From Candidatus Pacearchaeota archaeon (GTDB lineage: Archaea > Nanobdellota > Nanobdellia > Pacearchaeales > GW2011-AR1), in the NCBI GenBank assembly GCA_038869755.1, contig JAWCQN010000002.1:3420-64623 (forward strand): 61,204 bases of DNA, in the 5' to 3' direction. Below are positions 17,306 through 27,947 of the stretch, piece by piece; within the stretch, counting starts at the first letter, position 1; each line of letters starts with the position of its first letter. The position numbers were made by a program, and so were the translations under genes. The notes below the pieces were generated by a model. That model saw only the letters and a program-made list of their open reading frames with translations, had not been told where the DNA came from and did not search any database.

Positions 17306-18631
17306 ATGGTTAACAATAGTTTAACAGAAATTGAAATAATGTCTCCTGCAGGGAATTTTGAATGTTTGGCAGCTGCTATAAAAGCTGGAGCTAATTCAGT
17401 ATATTTTGGAGTTGAACAGCTTAACATGAGGGCAAGAGCTGCCAATAATTTTTCTCTTGATGATTTGCCAGAAATTGTTAAAATTTGTAACGAAAAAAAT
17501 GTTAAAACTTATTTAACTTTAAACACAATAATGTATGATCATGATATTGTTTTAATGAAAAAAATCTGCGATTCTGCTAAAAAAGCAGGAGTTAGTGCAG
17601 TAATAGCATCAGATATTTCCGCTATTGGATATGCTAATTCAATAGGTTTGGAAGTGCATATTTCAACCCAAACAAATGTATCTAACATAGAGGCTGTAAA
17701 ATTTTATTCGAAATTCGCAGATGTTATTGTTCTTGCAAGGGAATTAACCATAAGTCAAATTAAAAAAATTTGTGATGAAATTAATAAGGAAAATATTACT
17801 GGCCCAAAGGGAGAGTTAGTTAGAATAGAGTTATTTGCACATGGAGCAATGTGTGTCGCAATTTCAGGAAAATGTTACATGAGTCTTGGAACTTATAATG
17901 CATCAGCAAACAGGGGGGCATGTTTGCAAAATTGTCGTAGAAGTTATAGGGTAATTGATAACGAAACAGGAGATGAGTTAGTTATTGATAATGAATATGT
18001 TATGTCTCCAAGCGACTTATGCACTATTGGTTTCATAGATAAATTAATAGATGCAGGAGTAAAAGTTTTCAAGATAGAGGGAAGAGGAAGGTCGGCAGAT
18101 TATGTTTATATAACGACGAAATGTTATAGGGAAGCTGCAAATTCTTATTTGGAAGGAAGTTATACCGAGCAAAAGATTTCTGAGTGGATAAAACAGTTGG
18201 AAAGTGTTTATAACAGAGGGTTTTGGCATGGAGGTTATTACTTAGGTAAACAGCTAGGAGAATGGTCAGGAGTTTATGGAAGTAAAGCTACTAAAGAAAA
18301 AATTTTTGTTGGAATTGCAAAACATTATTTTCCTAAAACCCAGATTGGTGAGTTTCATATTCAGAGCGAAAAGATAAAAGTTGGAGACGAAATCTTGATT
18401 ACTGGAAATACAACAGGGGTTATACAAGGCAAAGTTGAAGAAATGTTTGTAAATGATAAAAAAGCTGAAATAAATGGGGAAGCAAAGGCAGGAGATGTTA
18501 TTACATTTAAGGTTTATGAAAGAGTTAGGGAAAATGATAAGTTATATGTTGTTAAAGATAAAATCAAACTGCAAGGAAATAATTCTTTAAAGGAAAAAAA
18601 TAAATTGAACGTGATTAATCATAGAGGATAA
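17306..18631 (+). CDS. Peptidase U32-family protein (RlhA/TrhP/UbiU-like)
   Basis: N-terminal AGANSVYFGVEQLNMRARAANNF and central CVAISGKCYMS...CLQNCRR Cys cluster, both typical of the U32 family. Confidence 0.8.
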   Translation: MVNNSLTEIEIMSPAGNFECLAAAIKAGANSVYFGVEQLNMRARAANNFSLDDLPEIVKICNEKNVKTYLTLNTIMYDHDIVLMKKICDSAKKAGVSAVIASDISAIGYANSIGLEVHISTQTNVSNIEAVKFYSKFADVIVLARELTISQIKKICDEINKENITGPKGELVRIELFAHGAMCVAISGKCYMSLGTYNASANRGACLQNCRRSYRVIDNETGDELVIDNEYVMSPSDLCTIGFIDKLIDAGVKVFKIEGRGRSADYVYITTKCYREAANSYLEGSYTEQKISEWIKQLESVYNRGFWHGGYYLGKQLGEWSGVYGSKATKEKIFVGIAKHYFPKTQIGEFHIQSEKIKVGDEILITGNTTGVIQGKVEEMFVNDKKAEINGEAKAGDVITFKVYERVRENDKLYVVKDKIKLQGNNSLKEKNKLNVINHRG

Positions 18632-18632
18632 A

Positions 18633-19064
18633 ATGAATGCACAAACAGAAAGAGGCTTGCCAGAATATATTAAGCACGAACTTGAAGAGTATAAGAAACT
18701 TCTTAGAGGTAGGAAAATAGTTGGATTTGTAGAATGTTTGTATTCTTTAGAACAAGGGATGGCTTCACTTTCAGAAGAAAAAAGAGGAGTGATAACAGAA
18801 TTAATTGTTGGGAATGGGATAAGCCTTTTAGAGTCAATAAATAGGGATAGTGAGGACTATCACTTTTTTGCTGGAAATATTGCAGCTTACTTACAAAACA
18901 TTAGACATAATTTTTTAACCCACCAATCTTTTAATAGAAATATATGTTTAAATTTAGCATATCTATTTGTTAGGACTAGAAACCCTTTAGCTTTTGAGAT
19001 TTTGGAAGATTGTTTAGATATAAAAAGAAATTGGTGGAAAGATTACAGAGAATTATATGGATAG
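18633..19064 (+). CDS. Hypothetical helical protein, translationally coupled to U32 gene
   Basis: 143-aa ORF whose ATG lies 1 nt after the U32 stop codon; no known motifs. Confidence 0.5.
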   Translation: MNAQTERGLPEYIKHELEEYKKLLRGRKIVGFVECLYSLEQGMASLSEEKRGVITELIVGNGISLLESINRDSEDYHFFAGNIAAYLQNIRHNFLTHQSFNRNICLNLAYLFVRTRNPLAFEILEDCLDIKRNWWKDYRELYG

Positions 19065-19117
19065 AGCAGAAGAGAATAACTTTAATATACTATTCTTTTT
19101 TCTTTTTCTTGTTTAAA

Positions 19118-19354
19118 ATGTCAAAATTAAAATTAATTCACCATAGAGATAAATGCATTGGGTGTAATGTCTGTTTTGAGGCTTCTCCTTCAAACTGGAA
19201 AATTAATGAAGAAGACGGAAAAGCCGATTTGATTGGAGGTAAGGAAACAAAGAAAGGAGTTTTTGTTAAAGAAATTTCTCAAATAGAACTTGCAGAAAAT
19301 AAATTAGCTGAAGATAACTGCCCAATGGGGATAATACATATTGATTCAAATTGA
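19118..19354 (+). CDS. Small ferredoxin-like protein (single 4Fe-4S type)
   Basis: CIGCNVCFEASP ... NCPMG Cys pattern. 78 aa counted from the first ATG. Confidence 0.6.
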   Translation: MSKLKLIHHRDKCIGCNVCFEASPSNWKINEEDGKADLIGGKETKKGVFVKEISQIELAENKLAEDNCPMGIIHIDSN

Positions 19355-19390
19355 GTTAAATTTAAAAACTTGAATACTTCTAAAATTTTC

Positions 19391-20401
19391 ATGCAACAAT
19401 ATAGGAAATATGAAGTAGAATGGATTAAGTTAAATGAATTAGCTAGAGAATACTTTGACATAACTCAAAAATTACTTCCTAATAATGGCAGAATTTATTA
19501 CGAATCAGGTAGGGATCCAGATACTGAAGAAATTGTTAAGATTGAAATTGATTCTCGTTCTCAAAGGCAAAAAGATTTAGCTGCAGATATAATTGAAGGA
19601 GCTTATCCATACATTAGGAAAATAGTTCAAAAATTAATGTATGGGGAAGGACAAGATGTTAAGGGAAAAAATGGCAAAACCAATAGGTTTTATCTATGTT
19701 CTTTGCAAGATTTTTCAACACTAGATGATTTAGTTAGTTTATCAGCAATTATAATAATGAAATCATTACACAATTATAATCCAAGATATAGTGTTTCCAC
19801 TTTCATCCATCAAAATGTTGTTTTTGGGCTTAATAGATATAGTAGTCCAGGATTAATAAGAATTCCAGAACATATGAAACAAAAAGCAAGAAAAGCAGTT
19901 AAAAATGGGAGCGGATCAACAATGAAACATAAAATTCATGATGAACTAAAAACAACTGAGGCAACAATGGGAAGTATTTCACACTCACTTACAGGAAGAT
20001 ATGTGAGTATTGATCAATTAATAGGACAGCAAAGTTTTATGAATCCAAGATATGGTGTGCCTAGAAGAAGGTCATATGCAGAAGTTTTTTTGCCAGACAA
20101 ATCTTTTGCAGGAGATACTGAAAGGCAGGTTGAAGAATCTCTAATGAAAGATGCTGTTGAGAGACAATTAAAAACACTTACTGAAAGAGAAGAAAGAGTT
20201 TTAAAATTGAGATATGGAATTGGCGAAGCAAAAAGAGTTAGTCCAAAATATAATATTTGGTATATGAGTTTAGAAGAAGTAGGGAATATTTTTAATGTTA
20301 GTAATAGTAGAGTTATGCAAATACAAAATAAAGCTGAAAGGAAATTAAGGCACCCTAAAAGAACAATAGAATTAAAACCATATTTAAAAGATTTAGAATA
20401 A
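19391..20401 (+). CDS. Sigma-70-family protein (bacterial-type) in an archaeal context
   Basis: Region 2: DDLVSLSAIIIMKSLHNYNPRYSVSTFIHQNVVFGLNRY..LIRIPEHM. Region 4: LTEREERVLKLRYGIG...SLEEVGNIFNVSNSRVMQIQNKAERKLRHPKR..LKPYL. The ORF track starts at a TTG at 19370; the first ATG is at 19391. Confidence 0.75.
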   Translation: MQQYRKYEVEWIKLNELAREYFDITQKLLPNNGRIYYESGRDPDTEEIVKIEIDSRSQRQKDLAADIIEGAYPYIRKIVQKLMYGEGQDVKGKNGKTNRFYLCSLQDFSTLDDLVSLSAIIIMKSLHNYNPRYSVSTFIHQNVVFGLNRYSSPGLIRIPEHMKQKARKAVKNGSGSTMKHKIHDELKTTEATMGSISHSLTGRYVSIDQLIGQQSFMNPRYGVPRRRSYAEVFLPDKSFAGDTERQVEESLMKDAVERQLKTLTEREERVLKLRYGIGEAKRVSPKYNIWYMSLEEVGNIFNVSNSRVMQIQNKAERKLRHPKRTIELKPYLKDLE

Positions 20402-20910
20402 TGAATTTTATGCAACAACAAATACTTGAATATATTGAAATTAAAAAATCAGGCATACACTCTAATGGAGCTTTTGCTAGATGTTTTATTCCTAAGGGAA
20501 CCAGAATAATAGAATATATAGGAAGAAAAATAAAAAAAAATGAAGCAGATGAAATCGCTGATAAAGAGCTGGAAAATCATAAAAAAGACAGCAGCAAAGG
20601 AGCTGTTTATATTTTTGAGCTAAATGATGAATACGATATAGATGGAAATGTTCCTTGGAATATGGCAAAATACATAAATCACTCTTGCTCTCCGAATGCA
20701 GAAGTAGAAATAGAAAATGATAGAATATGGATTATTGCAATGAGAGATATTAATTCTGGAGAAGAGATAACTTATGATTATGGTTATGATTTGGACGAAT
20801 GGGAAGATCATCCATGCAACTGCGGAAGTAAAAACTGCATAGGATATATAATATCAAGAGATGAGTGGGATAAGTTTAAAGAGATAAAAAAAGAGAATAG
20901 TAAAAATTGA
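20401..20910 (+). CDS. SET-domain protein lysine methyltransferase with post-SET Cys motif
   Basis: Motifs YINHSCSPNA, GEEITYDYGY and CNCGSKNCIGY. The start overlaps the sigma stop (TAATG). Confidence 0.9.
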   Translation: MNFMQQQILEYIEIKKSGIHSNGAFARCFIPKGTRIIEYIGRKIKKNEADEIADKELENHKKDSSKGAVYIFELNDEYDIDGNVPWNMAKYINHSCSPNAEVEIENDRIWIIAMRDINSGEEITYDYGYDLDEWEDHPCNCGSKNCIGYIISRDEWDKFKEIKKENSKN

Positions 20911-21026
20911 TAAGATAAAAATATAAAGAAATAAAATAACTATAATTAATAGATTATATTCAATCTTATCTGATTGATTAGATTTTGATTATAAAAATTT
21001 TTAAACTATGATTGTCCAAGAATTCT

Positions 21027-22133
21027 ATGGTTGGAAATTATAATAGGCAGCTTGATCGCATGTTAGATGTAATGACAGATGATATAGGAATAGTTCAACA
21101 CTGCGATTTCGATAAACCGATTAAAAAAACAAATAATCCATATCCATACTCTATAGATGATGTAGCAAGAGCTTTGGTTGTTTTATCAAGAATTTCAAGA
21201 ATTGACGGATTTTACAGCAAAATAAAAGAGAGAGAAAAAATGGCGGAAAAAATAAATCATTGTGTTGGAGTTTATTTAAATTTTATAAATAGGAATAAAA
21301 AACCAAATGGGTTTTTTCATAATTACCAGGATTTAAACGGAAATCCTGTAAAACAATCAATCAATGAAGAAGACTCTTTTGCAAGAGTTCTTTCTGCATG
21401 GACAGAATTTTTAAAAGGAAATTTTCCTAAAGATTTAAAAGAGCAAACAAGATATGATTTTATCGATGAGTTGCCAATATCACTTAAACTATTAAGCCCT
21501 ATAAGTCAGGCAATTTCTCTTATGTCTTTGGCAAGATATCTTGAAACCGAGAAAGATAAAAGTGTTGTAGCCGCTTCTAAGATTATTACTTTTGAATTGG
21601 CAGATAGGCTTTCTCGTCAGTATAAAGAACACCATGAAGAAGGATGGGTATGGTTTTCTGATAAAATGACATACTATAGTGCAAAGCTTCCACATTCTAT
21701 GCTTTTATCTTCTCAGATAACTGAAAGACAATCTGATAAAGATATTGGAAAAAAGACTCTGGATTTTTTAATAAAATTAACTTTTGAGGGTTTTACATTT
21801 AGCCCTATAGGGAATAGGGGATGGTACACAAAACAAGATTTTTTCAAGGGAAAATCTCCTCCAAAATATGACCAACAGACAGTAGAAGCATATTGTATGG
21901 TCGAGGCATGCTCAGATGCTGAAAAAATTTTATTGATTCCTGGTTATGAAATATATAAAAAAAATGCTTTTGAGTGGTTTAATGGAAGAAATATTAACAA
22001 GACAAGTTTATTGTCCAAAGAAGGAGGAGTTTATGACGCCCTTGTTCCAAAAACAAATGAAAATCCTGATGGTGTTAACAAAAATCAAGGGGCTGAATCA
22101 TTATTAAGCTATTTAATGGCCGCATCTGTTTGA
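21027..22133 (+). CDS. Hypothetical protein (possibly alpha/alpha-toroid carbohydrate-related)
   Basis: Long ORF convergent with the glycosyltransferase. The fold guess is a weak impression only. Confidence 0.45.
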   Translation: MVGNYNRQLDRMLDVMTDDIGIVQHCDFDKPIKKTNNPYPYSIDDVARALVVLSRISRIDGFYSKIKEREKMAEKINHCVGVYLNFINRNKKPNGFFHNYQDLNGNPVKQSINEEDSFARVLSAWTEFLKGNFPKDLKEQTRYDFIDELPISLKLLSPISQAISLMSLARYLETEKDKSVVAASKIITFELADRLSRQYKEHHEEGWVWFSDKMTYYSAKLPHSMLLSSQITERQSDKDIGKKTLDFLIKLTFEGFTFSPIGNRGWYTKQDFFKGKSPPKYDQQTVEAYCMVEACSDAEKILLIPGYEIYKKNAFEWFNGRNINKTSLLSKEGGVYDALVPKTNENPDGVNKNQGAESLLSYLMAASV

Positions 22134-22151
22134 TAAAATAATCTTATGAAA

Positions 22152-23588
22152 CTAATCGGATTTTCTCAACCCTAAAAGCCTTTCACTTCTAAGATCTTTT
22201 TCTTCTATTATATCTTGGAATAATAAATGATACTCTCCTCCAACTAAATTCCAAGGCATTCTTCTTCCTTGCCTTCTTGCTCTTAATTCCATATCTTTTC
22301 TTCTTTTTGTCGGTTCAAATAAAAGATATCTCTCTGCTCTTACTATTTCCTCCAAATCAGGAACAGGCATGTTCTCCCCTTCAGCATCATTTAAACTTAC
22401 GACAATCCCCTTGGACTTATCCCATATCTGTTCTAATTTAGCAAATCTGTTTCTGTTTTTTCCATAATTATGTAACCTAATTTCTTCAATTTCTGCTGCA
22501 CTTGGCAACATTACTTCTCTTGTGTAAAAAGATTCTGTTACTATACTAGCTTTTCCATAACCTAAAATCTCTGCAACTATTCCACTTGAAATTTGCCTTT
22601 TATCTCTTGTCGGATTTATAACTACGTCGCTTGCAATTAATAACTCTCTAAATTGTTTATCACTTAACATTTTATTCCATAAAATTATATCTTCAAAATT
22701 TTTTCTTTCTAATTTTACCAAATCCTTAACCTCTTTAAACGACAATTTTTCTTCTTCTATTATTCCTTTAAATTTGTCTTCATATTCTCTATAATATTTT
22801 CCATTTTCTGCTTGAATAAAATCTGGGTGATATCCTCCAGCCATTATATATACAACTCTATTTCTTTGAGATTGGCTTAAAGATTTAAGAAACTCTGCAT
22901 GGGCTTTTATTGCAAACTCTCTTCCTTTATTTGGTGAGTTAAATCCAAGGGTTGAGATAAGTATTGTATCCTGCAATCCATATTTTTCCTTTACTTTTTT
23001 TCTATCATCCTTTCTGAATTTATATGCCCTGACACCATGGTCTATTTGCATTATATTTGCATCAAGAGAATATGGTGGTTTTGAAAGGAGATCTCCTGCA
23101 ATCTTTGAAATAACAGTAATTGCATCACTATATTTTTCTATATTTTTAAGCACATTTAAATGATATTCACTTGGTTTATCTAATACGGTATGTAGTTGAG
23201 TGACTAATGGTATTCCATACTCTTTTAGTTTTTTAATAAATGGGCTGTAATTATCTTGTCTTTGATCATAATTTCCAATAATACCATACTCCATGTTTGC
23301 AAGGACAATACCATGTTTCCCAAGTTTTTTTCCCTCATTAATTCTTCTTGAAATGCTTTCAGCGCACTCTATCCATGATGATTCATCGAACTGATTTATT
23401 AGTGTAAATATTTCAGGAGTTTTGTATTCTAAATTTTTTTCTCCTTTATCAATTGCAGCGACATAAATGTCTCCTATGTCCTTATTGGCTTTTCTTATGG
23501 TTTTAAAAGTCTTGACTAAATTACCACTAAATTCCGCAATGCCACAATATCTTGGCTTATATGTGCTTACAACATATATGTCTATCAT
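22152..23588 (-). CDS. Glycosyltransferase, GT-B/GT4-like with C-terminal extension
   Basis: MIDIYVVSTYKPRYCGIAEFS start, and a two-Rossmann layout typical of group 1 GTs. Start placed at Met33 of the tracked ORF. Confidence 0.6.
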   Translation of the reverse strand: MIDIYVVSTYKPRYCGIAEFSGNLVKTFKTIRKANKDIGDIYVAAIDKGEKNLEYKTPEIFTLINQFDESSWIECAESISRRINEGKKLGKHGIVLANMEYGIIGNYDQRQDNYSPFIKKLKEYGIPLVTQLHTVLDKPSEYHLNVLKNIEKYSDAITVISKIAGDLLSKPPYSLDANIMQIDHGVRAYKFRKDDRKKVKEKYGLQDTILISTLGFNSPNKGREFAIKAHAEFLKSLSQSQRNRVVYIMAGGYHPDFIQAENGKYYREYEDKFKGIIEEEKLSFKEVKDLVKLERKNFEDIILWNKMLSDKQFRELLIASDVVINPTRDKRQISSGIVAEILGYGKASIVTESFYTREVMLPSAAEIEEIRLHNYGKNRNRFAKLEQIWDKSKGIVVSLNDAEGENMPVPDLEEIVRAERYLLFEPTKRRKDMELRARRQGRRMPWNLVGGEYHLLFQDIIEEKDLRSERLLGLRKSD

Positions 23589-24214
23589 CTTAAAATTAAA
23601 TTTTATTATTGCCCTATTTATAAATTTATTCTTTTTAAAAAACCACTTAAAAAGTAAATCTACAAATAATTTTATCATCATCATTAAATTATATAAAATT
23701 AAATTATATGGAATGGTTTTACCCGGCTCATTCTTTTGAGCTTTGAATTTTTGAGCTTGAATCTTTTTACATAAGTAATATCTTCATATCCATTAATACC
23801 TCAATATTTATTTTTAATCTGAAAAATCATTTTCACAAATACTTACTTTTTTGTTAATGTTTCTTGAGGGAAATCTTTAAACAGTATTTTTCTTAGAAAA
23901 AAATTTTGGTATCTTTTTTTCCTTAGCAATAGATTTAATCTTAGCAAAACTTTTATACAAATTCTTCTTTCTCATTTAAACTAATTTTTTGAAGTATTTT
24001 TGTTAGATAGTGAAGTTTTAACTATTAAACTTTCTACAGAGGTTTTAAAAAAAATATTTAATCTATTTCTACTGTTGATCTAATGGAATTTAAGAATTTT
24101 TGTTAATAGGTTTATTTTTTCATTGAACTTATCCATATTACTAATATCTGCTTTAATAATGGAAGAAGTAACTTATGGTTTTAGCATATTTATACTTTTT
24201 ACTTTTAAGAAATT

Positions 24215-24230
24215 TGAGACGAGTAGAGCA
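24215..24230. repeat. 23S processing-stem arm (3' side)
   Basis: TGAGACGAGTAGAGCA is the perfect reverse complement of 27140-27155. Confidence 0.85.
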
Positions 24231-24238
24231 TTTATTTA

Positions 24239-27060
24239 GATCCAATGTGGCTTTTAGTGACTGCGAGCTGAACATCTCGCCGAAGCTTGATGCTTACACT
24301 CCAGTTCTATCAACGTTGTCTTCTACAACGGCCTAAGTTGTCTCGTTTTGCGGATGGCTTCGTGCTTAGATGCTTTCAGCACTTATCCATTAATGCGTAG
24401 CTGCGCAGCTTGCTCGTAACAACTGCTACACCAGAGGCATCCAAGTCAGGTTCCTCTCGTACTACTGACTTGTTCCACTCAGACAACAACACACCTAGTA
24501 GATATCATACAAACTGTCTCACGACGTTCTTAACCCAGCTAACGATCCCTTTTAATGCGTGAACTCCGACACCCTTGGTGGCTTATGCACCACCAGGTTA
24601 GGAAGAGCCGACAGCGATGTACCAAACCGCGCCGTCAATTCGGACTATCGGGCGCGACAAGCCTGTTATCCTTGGGGTAACTTTTCTGTCACATTTGCAG
24701 CCTATTAAAAGTTGTCAAATGGTCGCTAAAGCCGACTTTCGTCTCTGCATCCATTACTTTTCAGAATACAGTTAGATGAGCTTTTGCTTTTGCACTCAAC
24801 CCTAGATTTCCACCCTAGGTGAGCTCATCTTTGCGCCCTATAGATATACTTTCTACAGGGTGCCGCCCCAGCCAAACTGCCCACAAGCTGCTGTCCTCTC
24901 GGAAGAGTTAGTATTTCCTTAAGCGATAAGTAGTATTACACTTTTGCTCCCCCTTTGCCGAAGCTAGGGTTCAACGCTCCTACTTATTCTATGTATCATT
25001 CAAAGAAACACAACAACAAGCTGCAGTAAAGTTCCACAAGGTCTTAGCTTCCCACTAGGTGTCACCGGCATTTTCACCGGTCAGTGATTTCAGAAGGTTC
25101 TGGTTAGGGACAGTGACCACCTCGTTAAACCATTCATGCAAGTCGCCATTCAGACGACAAGGTATTACGCTACCTTAAGAAGGTCATAGTTACCTCCGCC
25201 GTTTGATGGGCATTAGCTCTCTTGAAAAAGAGTTTCAGACACCACCACTGGGCAGGTCTCACCGAGTATACAAGTCCTTTCGGATTAGCACTCGGCTACG
25301 TTTTTGGTAAACAGTCGGGCAGTCCTTGTTACTGCGATCTACTTATGCCTTCTAATATCAAAGACATATATAGACACCCTTTCTACCTAAGATACAGGGC
25401 CAATATGCCGAATTCCCTTAACCAGGTTATACCTTTCAGGTCTTAGCCTTCTCAGCTAGGGCACCTGTGTTGGTTCTTGGTACAGCTTTCTTATCTCTAT
25501 TTAAAGAACTTTTCACTGACTCCTGGAATCAGCAGTTTTCATTGACACATTCACCTACTTCTTATCATTACGATCCATAGATTTCTATGCCAAATTTCCT
25601 TTCGGAAATCTGCTTATCCGGAAGCAATTCCTTAACATAGCGAAATAACAAAGTTCAGGAATATTAACCTGATGTCCATCGAAGTACTCGATTAAAGTAC
25701 TTCTTAGGTGCTGACTAACCCTTGGCTAACGATTAGTGCCAAGGAAACCGCGCCCTTTCGACCTTTTCCATTCTCAGGAAAATTTGATCCTACTCCAGCC
25801 AGGATTTTCATTACTCTTCGTTCCACTCCATCTCTCGATAAAGCTTCTACACAAAGAGTACGCCAGTTTACCAGAACACTCATCTGAGTGCCTCTATAGT
25901 ATCGGTAATATACTTAGCCCCGTCCATTTTCAGGGCCTCTAACCTCGATAGGTGAGCTGTTACGCTTTCTTTAAAGGATGGCTGCTTCTAAGCCTACCTC
26001 CCTAGTGTCTCAGGTTAAAGACACCTTTTATCACACTTAGCATATATTTTGGGACCTTAACTATAGTCTCCCTTGTTCGGGTCTCGGAACAGGACCTTAC
26101 GCCCTGCCCCCGATTCCTTCTCTATACAGTATACAAATTCTGAGTTGGAAAAGTTTCCGTAATCTTTCGATCCTGCGAACCTCATCCGTACTTTACCTCG
26201 TATACAAGCAGAGAAAGGCTATACTTAGGCATATTTCAACTGGAACCAGCCATCGCCAGATTAGAGTGGCTTTTCACCCCTAATCACAAGTCATTCGAGT
26301 GCATGTACACAACAACGGTTCAGGCCTCCATCTCTATTTCTAGAAACTTCGCCTTGCTCATGATTAGATCATCTGGCTTCGGGTCAATTCCCTGTGACTC
26401 GCGCTCTTTCGAACTCGCTTTCGCTACGGCTTCCTTAGTGTTAACCTTGCCACAAGAAATAACTCCCTGGCCCATTTTTCGAAACGTACGCTACAACCGC
26501 TTACAGAGTAAACAGGCAGTAGCGAGCTGTAACTGTTAGATTTCAAGTCTTTTAACCCCTTATTACAGGTACTTTTCAGCTTTCCCTCGCGGTACTATTT
26601 CTCTATCGGACTTGAGTTTATATTTAGAGTTAGCAGTTAATCCTGCCGTATTCATGCCTCCAATCCAGGAGACATTACTCTTTGAGGTATACCATATGCT
26701 TATATCTACGAGACTATCACTCTCTAAGGTAGTTCGTTCCAGAACACTTTGATATTTACACTTAGGTTTTAACCCTCACCACATCTCTACTCCTCTTTCA
26801 AGGAAAGATTCGGTTTGCCCTATACCCTTTTCACTCGCTGTTACTAGGGGTATCACTATTTGTTTTCTTTTCCTGCCGCTACTAAGATGTTTCAATTCAC
26901 GGCGTATGCTTTCCTCTCGGAATTCTCAAAAAGAGAATGTTTTCACATTAGGAAATTCCATGATCAAAGCTCGCATGCAGCTACCATGGACTTTTCGCAG
27001 CTTGCCACGTCCTTCGTCGCAACTCAAGCCAAGCTATTTGTCTAACAGCTTATTAGGATC
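24239..27060 (-). rRNA. rrl: 23S rRNA
   Basis: The minus strand begins near GATCCTAATAAGCTGTTAG...GGCTTGAGTTGCGACGAAGGACGTGGCAAGCTGCGAAAAGTCC and ends ...GTTCAGCTCGCAGTCACTAAAAGCCACATTGGATC. GC content is far above the flanks. Boundaries are approximate. Confidence 0.9.
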
Positions 27061-27139
27061 TTTTAACATTTATCACTATTTTTTCTTTTTAGAATTTTTT
27101 TAATCAACTTTTTTCTAAAAATTTTATAGTGGGATATAT

Positions 27140-27155
27140 TGCTCTACTCGTCTCA
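27140..27155. repeat. 23S processing-stem arm (5' side)
   Basis: TGCTCTACTCGTCTCA pairs with 24215-24230. Confidence 0.85.
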
Positions 27156-27590
27156 TTGCAATTGAATATTATTGCTCAACTCCCTCCTTTTCCGACGGAA
27201 AAGAAGTTCATAATTTTTTGTTTCAGATTACTCTGAATTCTTCACGTGAATTCTTTTGATTTTAGTTTTGAAAAACCTTTCTCAAAAGTTTTATGTGAAT
27301 ATTAAATTTTGATTTAGTTTATATATCGCTGTTGATAAATAAACTTTTAATTAACCAAACTTGTGATTAATTTTTACAAATTAGGAATCAGAAATTTTTT
27401 AATTCTTTAACATGATACATACTTTTCAGTATTTATTTTGTTAAAGTATGAATTATTTCTGATTACCATTTGATTATATAACTTGAAAAACAGGATTTAT
27501 AAAGCTTTCGTGAAAATTTCTTTATTATTCTGAGTAGTGTTTGGTATAATATGGAAAATTGGTAATAAAGATCAATAAAATATTAGTTTT

Positions 27591-27947
27591 TTATCTTTTT
27601 GATATTGCTAAGGTAATCATACCTAAAGAGTATGTAATTCCACTAACTGCTAATCCATTTACGATTTCATCTATATATATTAAATAATTATGCAATGGAG
27701 AAACATGGTTTCTATCTATTATGGCATATTCTTGTTTTGGATATATTTGAGAGAGTTTGTCAGCTATGTAAGAATTGCAACCTGAAATGCTTCCGGCTAA
27801 TCCAATGGTTATACTAAGTGCAGCTAATCCTCTTCTCAAATTTTTTCCAATATTTATTTTATTAATGGAATTATTATGGATTTCTGGAAATCTTGCATCA
27901 ATTTCTTCTCTCATTACTTCATGAACTGAACTCCTTTCGCTTTTCAT
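27591..27947 (-). CDS. Hypothetical membrane/lipoprotein-like protein inside the tRNA-Ala/23S spacer
   Basis: 118-aa ORF on the same strand as the rRNAs. It has LRRGLAALSITIGLAGSISGC (lipobox-like) and a C-terminal TM helix. Confidence 0.4.
   Translation of the reverse strand: MKSERSSVHEVMREEIDARFPEIHNNSINKINIGKNLRRGLAALSITIGLAGSISGCNSYIADKLSQIYPKQEYAIIDRNHVSPLHNYLIYIDEIVNGLAVSGITYSLGMITLAISKR

Noticed and set aside
23740-24214. 5S rRNA or another structured RNA downstream of the 23S
   Set aside because: The region is uniformly AT-rich, with no GC-rich ~120-nt block.
25222-27103. ORFs of 61-78 aa within 25222-27103 (25222, 25736, 26303, 26860, 26906)
   Set aside because: They lie entirely inside the 23S rRNA gene on the opposite strand. 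They are open only because the rRNA is GC-richer, and they have no coding signatures.
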